This document shows positions 51,665 through 61,700 of a stretch of DNA of 64,000 bases, one piece after another. The stretch covers positions 38,254,001-38,318,000 of the forward strand of contig OZ024746.1 in assembly GCA_964016885.1 (NCBI GenBank), in the 5' to 3' direction. Numbering within the stretch: position 1 is the stretch's first letter; every line of letters begins with the position of its first letter. The notes beneath the pieces are model-generated. The model searched no databases. It was given only the letters and a program-made list of their open reading frames with translations, and had not been told where the DNA came from. Position numbers and translations under genes: made by a program. The DNA is from Eledone cirrhosa. Taxonomy: Eukaryota.

Positions 51665-54600
51665 ACTTATGCTTATTCATTTTTGGGGCCCTTTCTGCCT
51701 GTGTGTTTGTTTGCTTATGTGTGTTCGTATACAGCGTGGTGATAATGCCACACAAGGGCCAAGTGGAATGGCGGATCCACAGATGGATATGTAACCATAC
51801 ATTCGCCAATCCTCGATAAGAGTGTTTAAATATCGAACATAAACAGTTCGAATAACGGTGAAATGGAGACTAGAACGTCATGTGACAGACTCTCACCCAA
51901 CAGGTGCCCCCTGGCTCAGCAGCAGGAACCTGACTGTCAACCAAATACTGCTGATGTTGGAGGAAGGAGAAGAAGGAAAGGGGCCAGAACCAACTGGACG
52001 AAAGAATTGAATAGAACTGTTATGCAATGTTACCTGAAAAGTAACCCCAAGGAGAGGGGCTACAGGAGACGGATGCATAACATCTGGAACGAGATTGGTT
52101 TATTTAAATTAGATGAACAAAAATTGGCCGGGCAGGCTCGGGTAATAAGAACTAATGGATAGATAAGCGAGCTGGAACTGGAGGAACTGAGCAGAGAGAA
52201 TGGCTTGGAGATGGCGGGTGTAGTATGCCAGACAAGCGAGCCAGTGGGAAATGAAGGTGAAGAGGTCCTGAGAACGGAGGAACCACCCGAAGCAGACAAT
52301 GATCTGAATACTGAGATAAATAATACCTGCAACAGAGATACGGCCACTGAGGAGATGAATGCTGACGGGCTAGGACAAGATTCGGTTGACATCCTAAATT
52401 TAGTGGTAGATGAATTGAACAATGATAGTGGGAGACCTATGAACCTAAGATTTGTAGACAGGAAAAAGTTAAAAGAAACAACAGCTAAGGTAAACAAAGT
52501 CATCCCATACCTTGAGGCGAGGAGACTTCACCAGTGCAACAATATCCTCAAAGCAACAGCAAATACGGTGAGGAAACTACATGGTATAAAAGCGAGAGGA
52601 AACAACAGACAAGAAAGAGCAGAGCCGTGGTGGAAGAAGCGACTGAGTGGGCAAATCGGGGAAATGAGAAATGACATAGGAAAGCTTGAGTCACTACTGA
52701 ATGGGACACTAAAAAACATAGGCACTAAAAATAGGCTGGAAATAAAATACAAAACTAGGAGGAAAAAGCTAAATACTATCATAGAGGAACTGAAGCAACG
52801 CATTGTAGCAAAGAGTGCAAAAATCAGGCGATACGAGAACAGAGTCAGTCAGTATAAACAGAACCGCATGTTCGACACAATGCCCAGGCAGGGTGGATTG
52901 AGACAGTACAGAGGGAGATCGGTGAGCAGGCACAACAACAAACTGATTTGAGTATCACAGTTGAAACTCTTAAGGGGCAGGCCAAAAAACTAACCAACTG
53001 GAAATCACCAGGCCCAGATGGTGTGCAGGGGTATTGGATTAAACATTTAACATCCCTCCACCCGAAGCTGACGGACATGTTCAATGACTGCTTGGTGTCG
53101 GGTGAGGTGCCAGAGTGGTTGACAAAAGGTACCACAGTTCTGATAATGAAAGACCGAATCAAGGGTAATGATGTTACCAACTATAGACCTATCACATGTC
53201 TGTCCGTAATGTGGAAACTGTTGACGAGCATTGTGTCTGAGGAAATCTACCATCACCTTCACACAAACAACTTGTTACCGGACGAACAGAAAGGATGCCG
53301 AAAGAAGTCACGTGGTACAAAGGACCAGTTACTTATTGATAAGATGGTAATGGGGAATTGCAGGAGGAGACACACTGATCTTGCCATGGGATGGATAGAC
53401 TACAGAAAGGCATTTGACATGGTGCCTCATTCCTGGATCACCAAAAGCCTGGAGATCTTCAGGGTGGCAGATAACATCAGACAGTTGCTAGGCAGGAGTA
53501 TGGGGTCCTGGGAGACAGAGTTGACATCAACTGGAGTATCCTTGGGAAGCGTGAAGATCAAGAGAGGTATCTTCCAGGGAGATAGCTTGTCCCCTCTGTT
53601 GTTTGTCCTTGCCCTGATGCCCTTGACCATTATGCTGCGAAAAGTGAGAGCAGGATACAAGTTGGGAAGGGGAGAGCTTACCATCAATCACCTCCTCTTC
53701 ATGGACGATCTTAAGCTCTTCGGGAAAAGTGAGAAGGAGTTGGATGTGCTTGTTGACACTGTCCGTATTTTCAGCAGTGATATATGTATGCAGTTTGGTA
53801 TTGGTAAATGTGGAGTCATTGTGATGAAGAGGGGTAGGTTGAGCAGAAGTAACGGGATCCAGATACCAACAGGTGAGATGATAAAGGAAATTGACTCTGA
53901 GGAAGGATACAAGTATTTGGGCGTTCTGAAGGCTGATGGCATAAAGAACAAAAAAATGAAGGAATTGTTAAGAACTGAATACATTCGGAGAGTAAGGAGC
54001 GTATTGAAGTCACATCTGAACAGCAGAAATGCCATAAGCGCAGTAAATTCCCGAGCTGTGTCTATTATTAGGTACAGTGCGGGAATTCTGAGATGGAATG
54101 TTGCTGAACAAAAAGAAATGGATAGGAAGACTAGGAAGCTATTGACTATCTACAACATGTTCCACAAGAGGAGTGATGTCGATAGACTCTACCTAAGGAG
54201 ATCTGAGGGTGGAAGAGGTCTTATCAGCATAGAGGACTGTGTTCAGATGGAGAAAAACAACCTATACAAATACGTGACCTATAGTAAGGAGCCAATGCTC
54301 AGAACTGTACTGAAGGAGGGGACAGTAGGCCAGGGGATGTCCAAGGAGGAAATAACATCAAGGAGGAAGAGCAGCCTTAAGGGAAAATCCCTTCATAGTA
54401 CCTTCTTTGAGAAAACTGAATTTAGAGATCCACAGACATGGAACTGGTTGAGAAGAGGAGACCTCAAAAAGGCTACAGAAGGAATGCTAATGGCTGTGCA
54501 GGAGCAGGCCCTCAAAACGAAGTGGTTGAAGCACCATATCTACAAGGAGGAGGCTAGCCCACTGTGCAGGATCTGTGGAGAGAGAGAGGAGACTGTGGCT

Positions 54601-55245
54601 CACATTGTGTCCGAGTGTAAACACCTAGCCCAGACCCACTATAAGGGCTGGAGACACGATGTGATGGGCAGGGTGATCCACTGGCACCTGTGCAAAGTAA
54701 ACAATTTACCACATTCTGAGAAATGGTATGAGCATAGGCCAGAGGCGGTGATGGAGAACAATCAGGTGAAGGTGCTGTGGGATTTTAGGATACAGACGGA
54801 CAAAAAACTGGAACACAATAGACCTGACCTGGTGGTTGTGGACAAAGAAAAAAGATCGTGTCTGATTGTGGATGTGGCCTGCCCGTTCGACACGAGAGTG
54901 CAAGAGAAGGAGAGGGAGAAAATTAACCGATACCAGGACCTAAAGTGGGAGGTGAAAAGGATTTGGAACTGCCATGAAGTCAAAGTGATCCCGATTGTCA
55001 TAGGCGCACTGGGGACTATCTCCAAAAGTTTCCAGGGATGGTTAAAGAAAATCGGCCCCTTCACGCTTTTTGGAACGCTTCAAAAGGCATGCTTGCTTGG
55101 AACAGCAAGAACCCTCCGATACGTCCTGAATATCTGAGGCTGCAGGTAGTGGCTTGATATTCAATCCAACGGACTTTCCAGTTAACCAACATCAATGACT
55201 GAGATTCAAGGAATAACAACAATAATAATAATAATAATAATAATA
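51665..55245 (+). mobile_element. R4/Dong-clade LINE family 1, near full length
   Basis: N-terminal WTKELN..CY..GYRRRMHNIW (Myb-like) region, PWWKKRL, an apparent short internal deletion near 52878, then the intact RT-RLE ORF, 3'UTR and (AAT)n tail. Confidence 0.93.
52948..55137 (+). CDS. R4/Dong-type reverse transcriptase with CCHC finger and restriction-like endonuclease (729-aa open segment of a disrupted ORF)
   Basis: [41 protein letters not shown]7-H-X4-C, RHD, RPDLVVVD..IVDVACP..EREKINRY. Confidence 0.9.
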   Translation: MSITVETLKGQAKKLTNWKSPGPDGVQGYWIKHLTSLHPKLTDMFNDCLVSGEVPEWLTKGTTVLIMKDRIKGNDVTNYRPITCLSVMWKLLTSIVSEEIYHHLHTNNLLPDEQKGCRKKSRGTKDQLLIDKMVMGNCRRRHTDLAMGWIDYRKAFDMVPHSWITKSLEIFRVADNIRQLLGRSMGSWETELTSTGVSLGSVKIKRGIFQGDSLSPLLFVLALMPLTIMLRKVRAGYKLGRGELTINHLLFMDDLKLFGKSEKELDVLVDTVRIFSSDICMQFGIGKCGVIVMKRGRLSRSNGIQIPTGEMIKEIDSEEGYKYLGVLKADGIKNKKMKELLRTEYIRRVRSVLKSHLNSRNAISAVNSRAVSIIRYSAGILRWNVAEQKEMDRKTRKLLTIYNMFHKRSDVDRLYLRRSEGGRGLISIEDCVQMEKNNLYKYVTYSKEPMLRTVLKEGTVGQGMSKEEITSRRKSSLKGKSLHSTFFEKTEFRDPQTWNWLRRGDLKKATEGMLMAVQEQALKTKWLKHHIYKEEASPLCRICGEREETVAHIVSECKHLAQTHYKGWRHDVMGRVIHWHLCKVNNLPHSEKWYEHRPEAVMENNQVKVLWDFRIQTDKKLEHNRPDLVVVDKEKRSCLIVDVACPFDTRVQEKEREKINRYQDLKWEVKRIWNCHEVKVIPIVIGALGTISKSFQGWLKKIGPFTLFGTLQKACLLGTARTLRYVLNI

Positions 55246-56359
55246 TTAATCGTTTTGAAACACGAAAGCATCAAAAGATCATATTCCATTACAAAAGATG
55301 CACAAAGATACAGTAATGGACTACAAATTTCAGAAGTCCCATTCACTGCTGAAATGGAAAACACAGAAAAAGCAAGGCAGGTAAAAGTAACTGCAAAGAA
55401 AGAACTGCTACAGAAACTGGCTAAGAAATGGCAACAAACGCCTCTGTATGGAAAATACCCAGAACGAGCTAACAATCCTGATGTTGACAAAACTTTAACC
55501 CATCAGTGGTTGGCATCCTCTGGACTGAAATCGGAGACTGAAGGACTGATTATATCGGCACAAGATCAGTGTCTGCCAACAAAAAATTACCAAGCCAACA
55601 TAATAAAAAATGGGTGCAGCCCATTATGCCGTGTATGCAAAAAACAACCAGAGACCATTGACCATATAATTTCAATGTGCAGTCCTATAGCTCCAACCGA
55701 ATACCTAAACAGGCATGACAGAGCTGCACAATACATACATTGGATAATGTGTAAGCATTTTGACCTGCCCCATCAAAAGAATTGGTGGGAGCATCAACCA
55801 CCTCCCATACTTGAAAAAGATCACATCTCAATCTAGTGGAACTTTAGCATCCAAACAGACCGAAAAATAGATGCAAACAGACCTGATATAATATTGAAAG
55901 ACTTTCAAAAGAGGGTATGCCTGCTAATTGATATGTCTGTTCCAATAGACAAGAATGTATCTATAAAAACATTTGAAAAATTGAGCAAGTATAAGGACCT
56001 GGAGATAGAAATTGGAAAAATGTGGAAATTGAGAACTAAAACAATACCAGTGGTTGTAGGCGCTCTGGGAATGATACCTAAGAGGTCTAATGATTACATA
56101 TCGCAAATCCCAGGAAACCCGCGTATAGGAGAAATACAAAAGATAGTATTAATGGGAACTGCCCATATACTAAGGAAGATTCTGTCAATATAAATACATC
56201 ACAAGTATAAACACTAAAGATGCATGTGTGAATATGTATGTTCTTTCTTGAACATGGCGGACCTTGTTGTCTCTTGAGGTCACTGGTTGTGACTTGGTGA
56301 TAACTCGTATGAACATAAAGCAAGATAAATGCAACTGTAATAATAATAATAATAATAAT
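55246..56359 (+). mobile_element. R4/Dong-clade LINE family 2, 5'-truncated 3' end
   Basis: Nearly identical to 30057-30995 where they overlap; RPD intact; (AAT)n on both sides. Confidence 0.92.
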
Positions 56360-56535
56360 TGTTTCTACTTTTGGCACAAGGCCAGCAATTACCCAGTGCA
56401 TTACTGGTACTTTATTTTATCGACCCCGTAAGGATGAAAGGCAAAGTCAACCTCGGCGGGATTTGAACTCAGATCGTAAAGGGACGTAACTATGCTGGAA
56501 AGCATGGCGTCCGACCCTCTACCGATACTGCCAAT
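56360..56535 (-). mobile_element. Full-length tRNA-derived SINE with (ATT)n tail
   Basis: Minus strand: A-box tggcagtatcggt, B-box gagttcaaatcc, 3' end ggccttgtgccaaaagtagaaaca(att)n. Flanked by (AAT)n. Confidence 0.85.
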
Positions 56536-56556
56536 CATAATAATAATAATAATAAT

Positions 56557-57018
56557 GCTTTCTTTATTAACCACAAGGCTTTACACAAAGTAGACATTAA
56601 GGACAGTACAGGACAATACAGGACGGTACAAATGGGCATTTCTGCGTGTAAAAAACAAAAAAACAGAGGATGTAATAAAAGAACAATGAAAAATTCCCCA
56701 ATACGGGCGAAACTTCCCAGGGCCATCGTGGAGAAAACCCATTAAAAAAACCACGGTGACCCTGACCACCAGGGCAATTGTCCTCTCCCAGTTTTCCACC
56801 TTCAATTTACAGGCATATACTCTAGTAGGTCCACTCACTCGGGCCATCTTGCCTCTTTCACCCATCTTTCATCAAAAACCTGGGAAGATAGCACCTCCCA
56901 CTCTACTCTGATTTTCCTTTTCAAATGAAATTGGAAAAAGTTAATCAGGCTTGACCGAAGAGGTAAGTGCTCGTCTTCCGCCCTTTCAGACGCGTCCACC
57001 ATACTATTTCTTTCGCCA
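56557..57018 (-). mobile_element. Tx1 subfamily A copy 4: 5'-truncated 3' end
   Basis: AKEIVWWTRLKG region plus 3'UTR; (AAT)n at both ends. Confidence 0.9.
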
Positions 57019-57384
57019 ATAATAATAATAATAATAATAATAAAAATAATTTCATTTAAGAATGATTTATAATAGTAATAATATCAACAATTACAATTCA
57101 GTAATATGATCAACTTTGTGGTGTAATGTAAATATTAGCATTTCGGTTTAGATAATTGACACTTTCGAAAATATTTTAAAATAATTTCGCAGTAAATTGT
57201 AATTATTCTCTCCATAAAACTTTTGTAATTATGACGTTTCTTTAATGAACATTATATGTGTGTGTATAGATATGTGTGTATGTGTGTGTGTGTGTGGGTC
57301 CACCATCGTGTATGTGGAAGTGTCTAATGTATATATATGAGACGAATAGGCAATTGGATAGAATGCTTTGCGATATTACCTCTC

Positions 57385-57465
57385 GCTCTCTATTCACTGG
57401 GTTCAAATCCCGATGGAGTCAAGTTTGCATTTCATCTTTTCGATGTCAATAAATCTAGTACAAGC
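57385..57465 (+). mobile_element. Degraded SINE copy
   Basis: ggttcaaatcccgatggagtcaagtttgcatttcatc matches the sense strand of the 56360 SINE. Confidence 0.6.
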
Positions 57466-57597
57466 GTCGGTAATTCTTGTATATCTTTTACTCTATATAT
57501 CACGCCAAACTTGAAATACATAAGGCATACCGTATGTGAATACAACTCCACCGAGAGATACATATGTAAGAAAGAAGATGTATATATATATATATAT

Positions 57598-57719
57598 ATA
57601 GGAAACAATATGACCCCGACGGCAGAGCTGAAGCCGTTTCGACGGCTATTTCTGGACTTAGTCCAGAAATAGCCGTCAAAATGGCTTGAGCTCTGCACTC
57701 GGGGTCATAATTTTCCTAT
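57598..57719. repeat. ~60-bp-arm palindrome
   Basis: atgaccccga..gcagagct..gacggctatttctggac / gtccagaaatagccgtc..agctctgc..tcggggtcat. Confidence 0.9.
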
Positions 57720-57763
57720 TTCCCACTCTACTACACTAAGTATTGATTACTCTGGTGCGTTAT

Positions 57764-57795
57764 GGTCAATCTGGTTCCTTACCACAATTCCTTTG

Positions 57796-57855
<60 letters not shown>

Positions 57856-57874
57856 CAAAGGAATTGTGGTAAGG
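57764..57874. repeat. Palindrome centred on a (TA)n tract
   Basis: caatctggttccttaccacaattcctttgt-(ta)n-acaaaggaattgtggtaaggaaccagattg. Confidence 0.92.
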
Positions 57875-57954
57875 AACCAGATTGTACTCGTCTCTACCAC
57901 ACTAATTCGGACTGCCAGAAGAGGTCACAGCCAAAGATGTATATATATATATAT

Positions 57955-58362
57955 AAAATAAAATAAAATAAATAAGTCAAATGTTTAAAATTTGGATTCG
58001 TTTATATATATTTCGGTGACAGCCATCTTTGGCTGTGACCTCTTCAGGCAGTCCGAATTAGTGTGGTAGAGACGAGTACACATGTTGTTGAGGTGTATAG
58101 CTTTGTCAATACTCTGATATGCCCAGTTCCTAGTTGGGTTGTTATTTCACTGAGGAACTGGAATAATAACCCAACCAGGAACTGGGCATATCAGAGTATT
58201 GACAAAGCTATACACCTCAACAACATGTGTACTCGTCTCTACCACACTAATTCGGACTGCCTGAAGAGGTCACAGCCAAAGATGGCTGTCACCGAAATAT
58301 ATATAGCAGTAATAAACGAAGCCAAATTTTAAACATTTGACTTATTTATTTTATTTTATTTT
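57955..58362. repeat. Near-perfect fold-back (~195-bp arms, 9-nt loop at ~58150-58158), Penelope-terminal-repeat-like
   Basis: Arms are reverse complements with few mismatches and one ~8-nt indel. Confidence 0.95.
58256..58310 (+). ncRNA. Minimal type I hammerhead ribozyme, intact core
   Basis: Stem I actgc/gcagt; CTGAAGA (58261-58267); stem II ggtcacagcca-aaga-tggctgtcacc; GAAA (58294-58297); palindromic short stem III tatata; AUA cleavage triplet (after 58305); AATAAA immediately downstream. Confidence 0.85.
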
Positions 58363-58602
58363 ACATTACTCCGGAGTAACTAAACCAACCTGCGCACTTC
58401 GTCGAGTGCGCCAATCTGCATACTGAGGTGTTGGTATACAACCAACATATACTCAGAATGTATATATATATATATATATATAGGACCCCGACGGCGAAGC
58501 GCCAGCCGTTTCGAAAACTATGTCCGAACTATTTCTACTACCCTAAGTATCGAGTACTCCGGTGCGTTATGGTCCACCTGGTTCCTTACCACACTTTCTT
58601 TG

Positions 58603-58637
<35 letters not shown>

Positions 58638-58757
58638 ATATATATATATATATATATATAAGGTGTGATAACTTGCTTGAAGAATTGTGGAATATGCACA
58701 TGAAAAGTGCGTGTAGGTCATTAGTAGGCCGTACCATGCAAGTGGATTATTATTATT

Positions 58758-61700
58758 GGCGACCTACGTAGTAAAACGTATCATCGTGAGCTCCGCAAAG
58801 GTTTGTTATTTTCAGTTGTTTAATATTGCTATTCATGGAAAATTTTTATTGTTAACTGTATATAAGTGCACATACAATGATTTCTGAAAAGGACACTCAA
58901 AAATATTGGGGCATTGAGCCCAAAATTTAAACTTTTTATAATTATCAAGCAAAAATGTTTCTTTGAAAAATAATGGATGACTCAGATTCACTCCTTCCTC
59001 ACAATCCAACACCTCACACCGACACCACCATTGTAAATATTGCTACGTTTGCCAACATTGGAATTGTAAGCAGTAGCAATATTTTAAATTTGTCTCAGGC
59101 AGACGTTCATTTCCCGCCATTACCAATGTCTGCAGGTGTTAAATCCGCCAGCACCACCACTATCACCCCGACAACCACCACCCACACCCCCACCACATCG
59201 ACAACAGAAACAAAAGAAAAAAATAAATTAACTCGTGATATCGAAATGAATTCAACCAAAATGAACTCTTCCACACCGAACACCACTGACGCCACCACTA
59301 CCACAAGTGAAATTAAAATTAACAATAGCAAAAATAACGATAACAACAACAGTAACAATGAAATTAAAAAAACTACCCTGAGGTTTGCCAGAGTAGCAAA
59401 AACCTGCGAAGCGATCCAGGTAACTCAGGAGGAATTAGAAGAAGCCAAAGGGATGGTAAAGAAAGATGGGAACAGGGTCAGCACCCCCCCCCCCTCACAG
59501 ACACACACACACCTAATAAAATGGAGCAACGTCGCCTATGAACCGTGTCCTATCGGACAATTAACATAAAGTCGCGCCGAGTGGAACGGGCATCCGAGTC
59601 CCAAATCCCAAAAGCTTTGGGACATGTGTGGGCAAAGAAAACACACATCAGACGTGGGCAGAAATATAGAACCTTGGACTTGTTTTTGAAACACCACAGG
59701 AGGCAAGAGAACACTCCATGGCCCCATTAAGAAGTGACGACTTCACACTCATCCCAAGCTATTGTGGCCAGAGACTTGTAAAGATCAGGGACACCCACGT
59801 TCCACCGCCCATCGAAATTCCCTGGCTAATGGCTGCCGTCCTCGCCGGCATCGAGGCCAACACCGAAATAATAGAAATAGCAAAAGAAAAGCAGGAGAAC
59901 TGATCCGGATCTGGGATGAAGCTCCTGATCCAAGCGGACCATAAAAGCATTGAGGAGATACCAGAGGTAATATACCTCAATGACGGCAGCCACCTGACCG
60001 TAATCGTCGAGGGCAGAAGACCTAGGTGTGTCGTTTGTGGTGTAGGAACCCACCTAAGGGATTTTTGCCCTCAGGCTAAAAGGTTGAGGCCACCTCTCTT
60101 ACCCACCCCAGTGACTCAACCATCAACACCGCCATCAGCAGAAATGGCAGCAACAACTGTAGCAGCAACAACAAAAGCAACTGTAACAGCAACAACCCCA
60201 GCAACAGTAGCAAAACCAACACCACCACCACCCAAACGCCCCAGAATTAGCACCAGCGCCTACACCATCCACCACGCCACAACCAATACCAACGCCTGTG
60301 GAGGATTTTCCACTCCCCGGCTTATCGCAACTGGAGACAGATTGTGATGACGAGGAGTGGGGAACGGTATCAGGAAAAAAGGAAAAAAGAAACCAAAAAA
60401 TAAAAATTCTCTTCCCTCCTCCTCCAAAAACAAAATACTGAGGGAAACAAATAAATTAGCAAACAAGAAAGTTAAGACAGATATGCCACCATCCACACCA
60501 GCATCACCAACTCCATCACCACAAACACCAACACCATCACCATCATTAACCCCAACACCACCATCACCATAACCACAATAGTCACCAACAAGCGTAACAG
60601 AAACAACCCACAGCAAACGCAAACAAAACAACCAAAACGATACACACTACACAGCATTAAATTTGAACAACAACCAATTATTACACTACATGCGACACAA
60701 CACGAGCATCACAGAAAAAGACTACACAACAACCCAAAATTCACACCACCTCCACACATACAAATCACTCGCATCACACAGAAAACGTACACGACACTGA
60801 AACAAAAATACCCCAAAGACATCGGAGACTTCCGACAAACACTCTCCAGGAGGATTTATAAGGACATCCTTCCGGAGGAGGCCACAAGCAGTGAAAAGGA
60901 TGGACAAACCATCCTTCGTCTACGAGAAGTAACGTAAGTGCTGTTTCCCATCTTTTACACTCCATTTCAACTTGACCTCACTCAGAATAGGCAGCATAAA
61001 TGCGCGTGGCTTGGGGTCGTCATGGAAGCAGGGCCACCTCCTCAACGACCTCAGGTCACTAAACGTAGATGTAGTGGCATTCAGCGAGACCAGAATCTCC
61101 GAAGCACGGGCCTTCGCACCGATCTTCGGCGGCTACAATGTGTACGTATCTCCCAGCCGTCCGGGATCGGGGGAGGAGTTGCTGTGCTTTTTCGGAGAGG
61201 TTTGGATCTCGCCATACGGGCCATCTTTCTGGACCCAGAAGGTAAGTTGATGGTGCTAGACGTAACCAGCGGAGACGGGCAAGCTTTCAGGCTAGTGGCT
61301 GTCTATGCCCCGACAGGAGCAGGGCCGCCTGATTTCTTCCGGCGTCTGGAGACCTTCCTTGGAACATCCCAATCTTTAGGTGTTAGTGGGCGACTGGAAC
61401 GGGATCTTAGATGTTGACGGGGGCCATCGTCAACAACAAGTGGTGGTTTGCTCTGAAAGGAGAAATTAGAATAGAGTCCATTAGGTTTAGTAAGGCTTTA
61501 GCAATAGAGAAAAATAGAGCAGAGGGAGAATTAGTTAGAAAATTAGACGATGCGCTTAGCAAAGGTATCGCGAACGACGTACTTGCGGCGAAATTGGCCC
61601 TTGACCAATTCTTCAATGCAAAGAACGAAGGCTGTGTTGTCAGAGCTAGGGTGCGTGCTCTCAGACACGAGGGAACGAAAGCGGTTCAATGGGTCCGAGT

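Noticed and set aside
51685-51790. Possible HDV-like ribozyme in the R4 5'UTR (ggccctt/aagggcc pairing)
   Set aside because: Could not identify P2/P3, L3 or a J4/2 catalytic C; it needs a descriptor search.
56440-56535. tRNA gene
   Set aside because: A and B boxes are present but there is no complete cloverleaf, and it continues into a repeated body with a tail, so it is a SINE head.
30024-57050. Repeat-spacer appearance suggestive of a CRISPR array
   Set aside because: The repeats are trinucleotide microsatellites, the spacers are retroelements, and there are no cas genes in this eukaryotic context.
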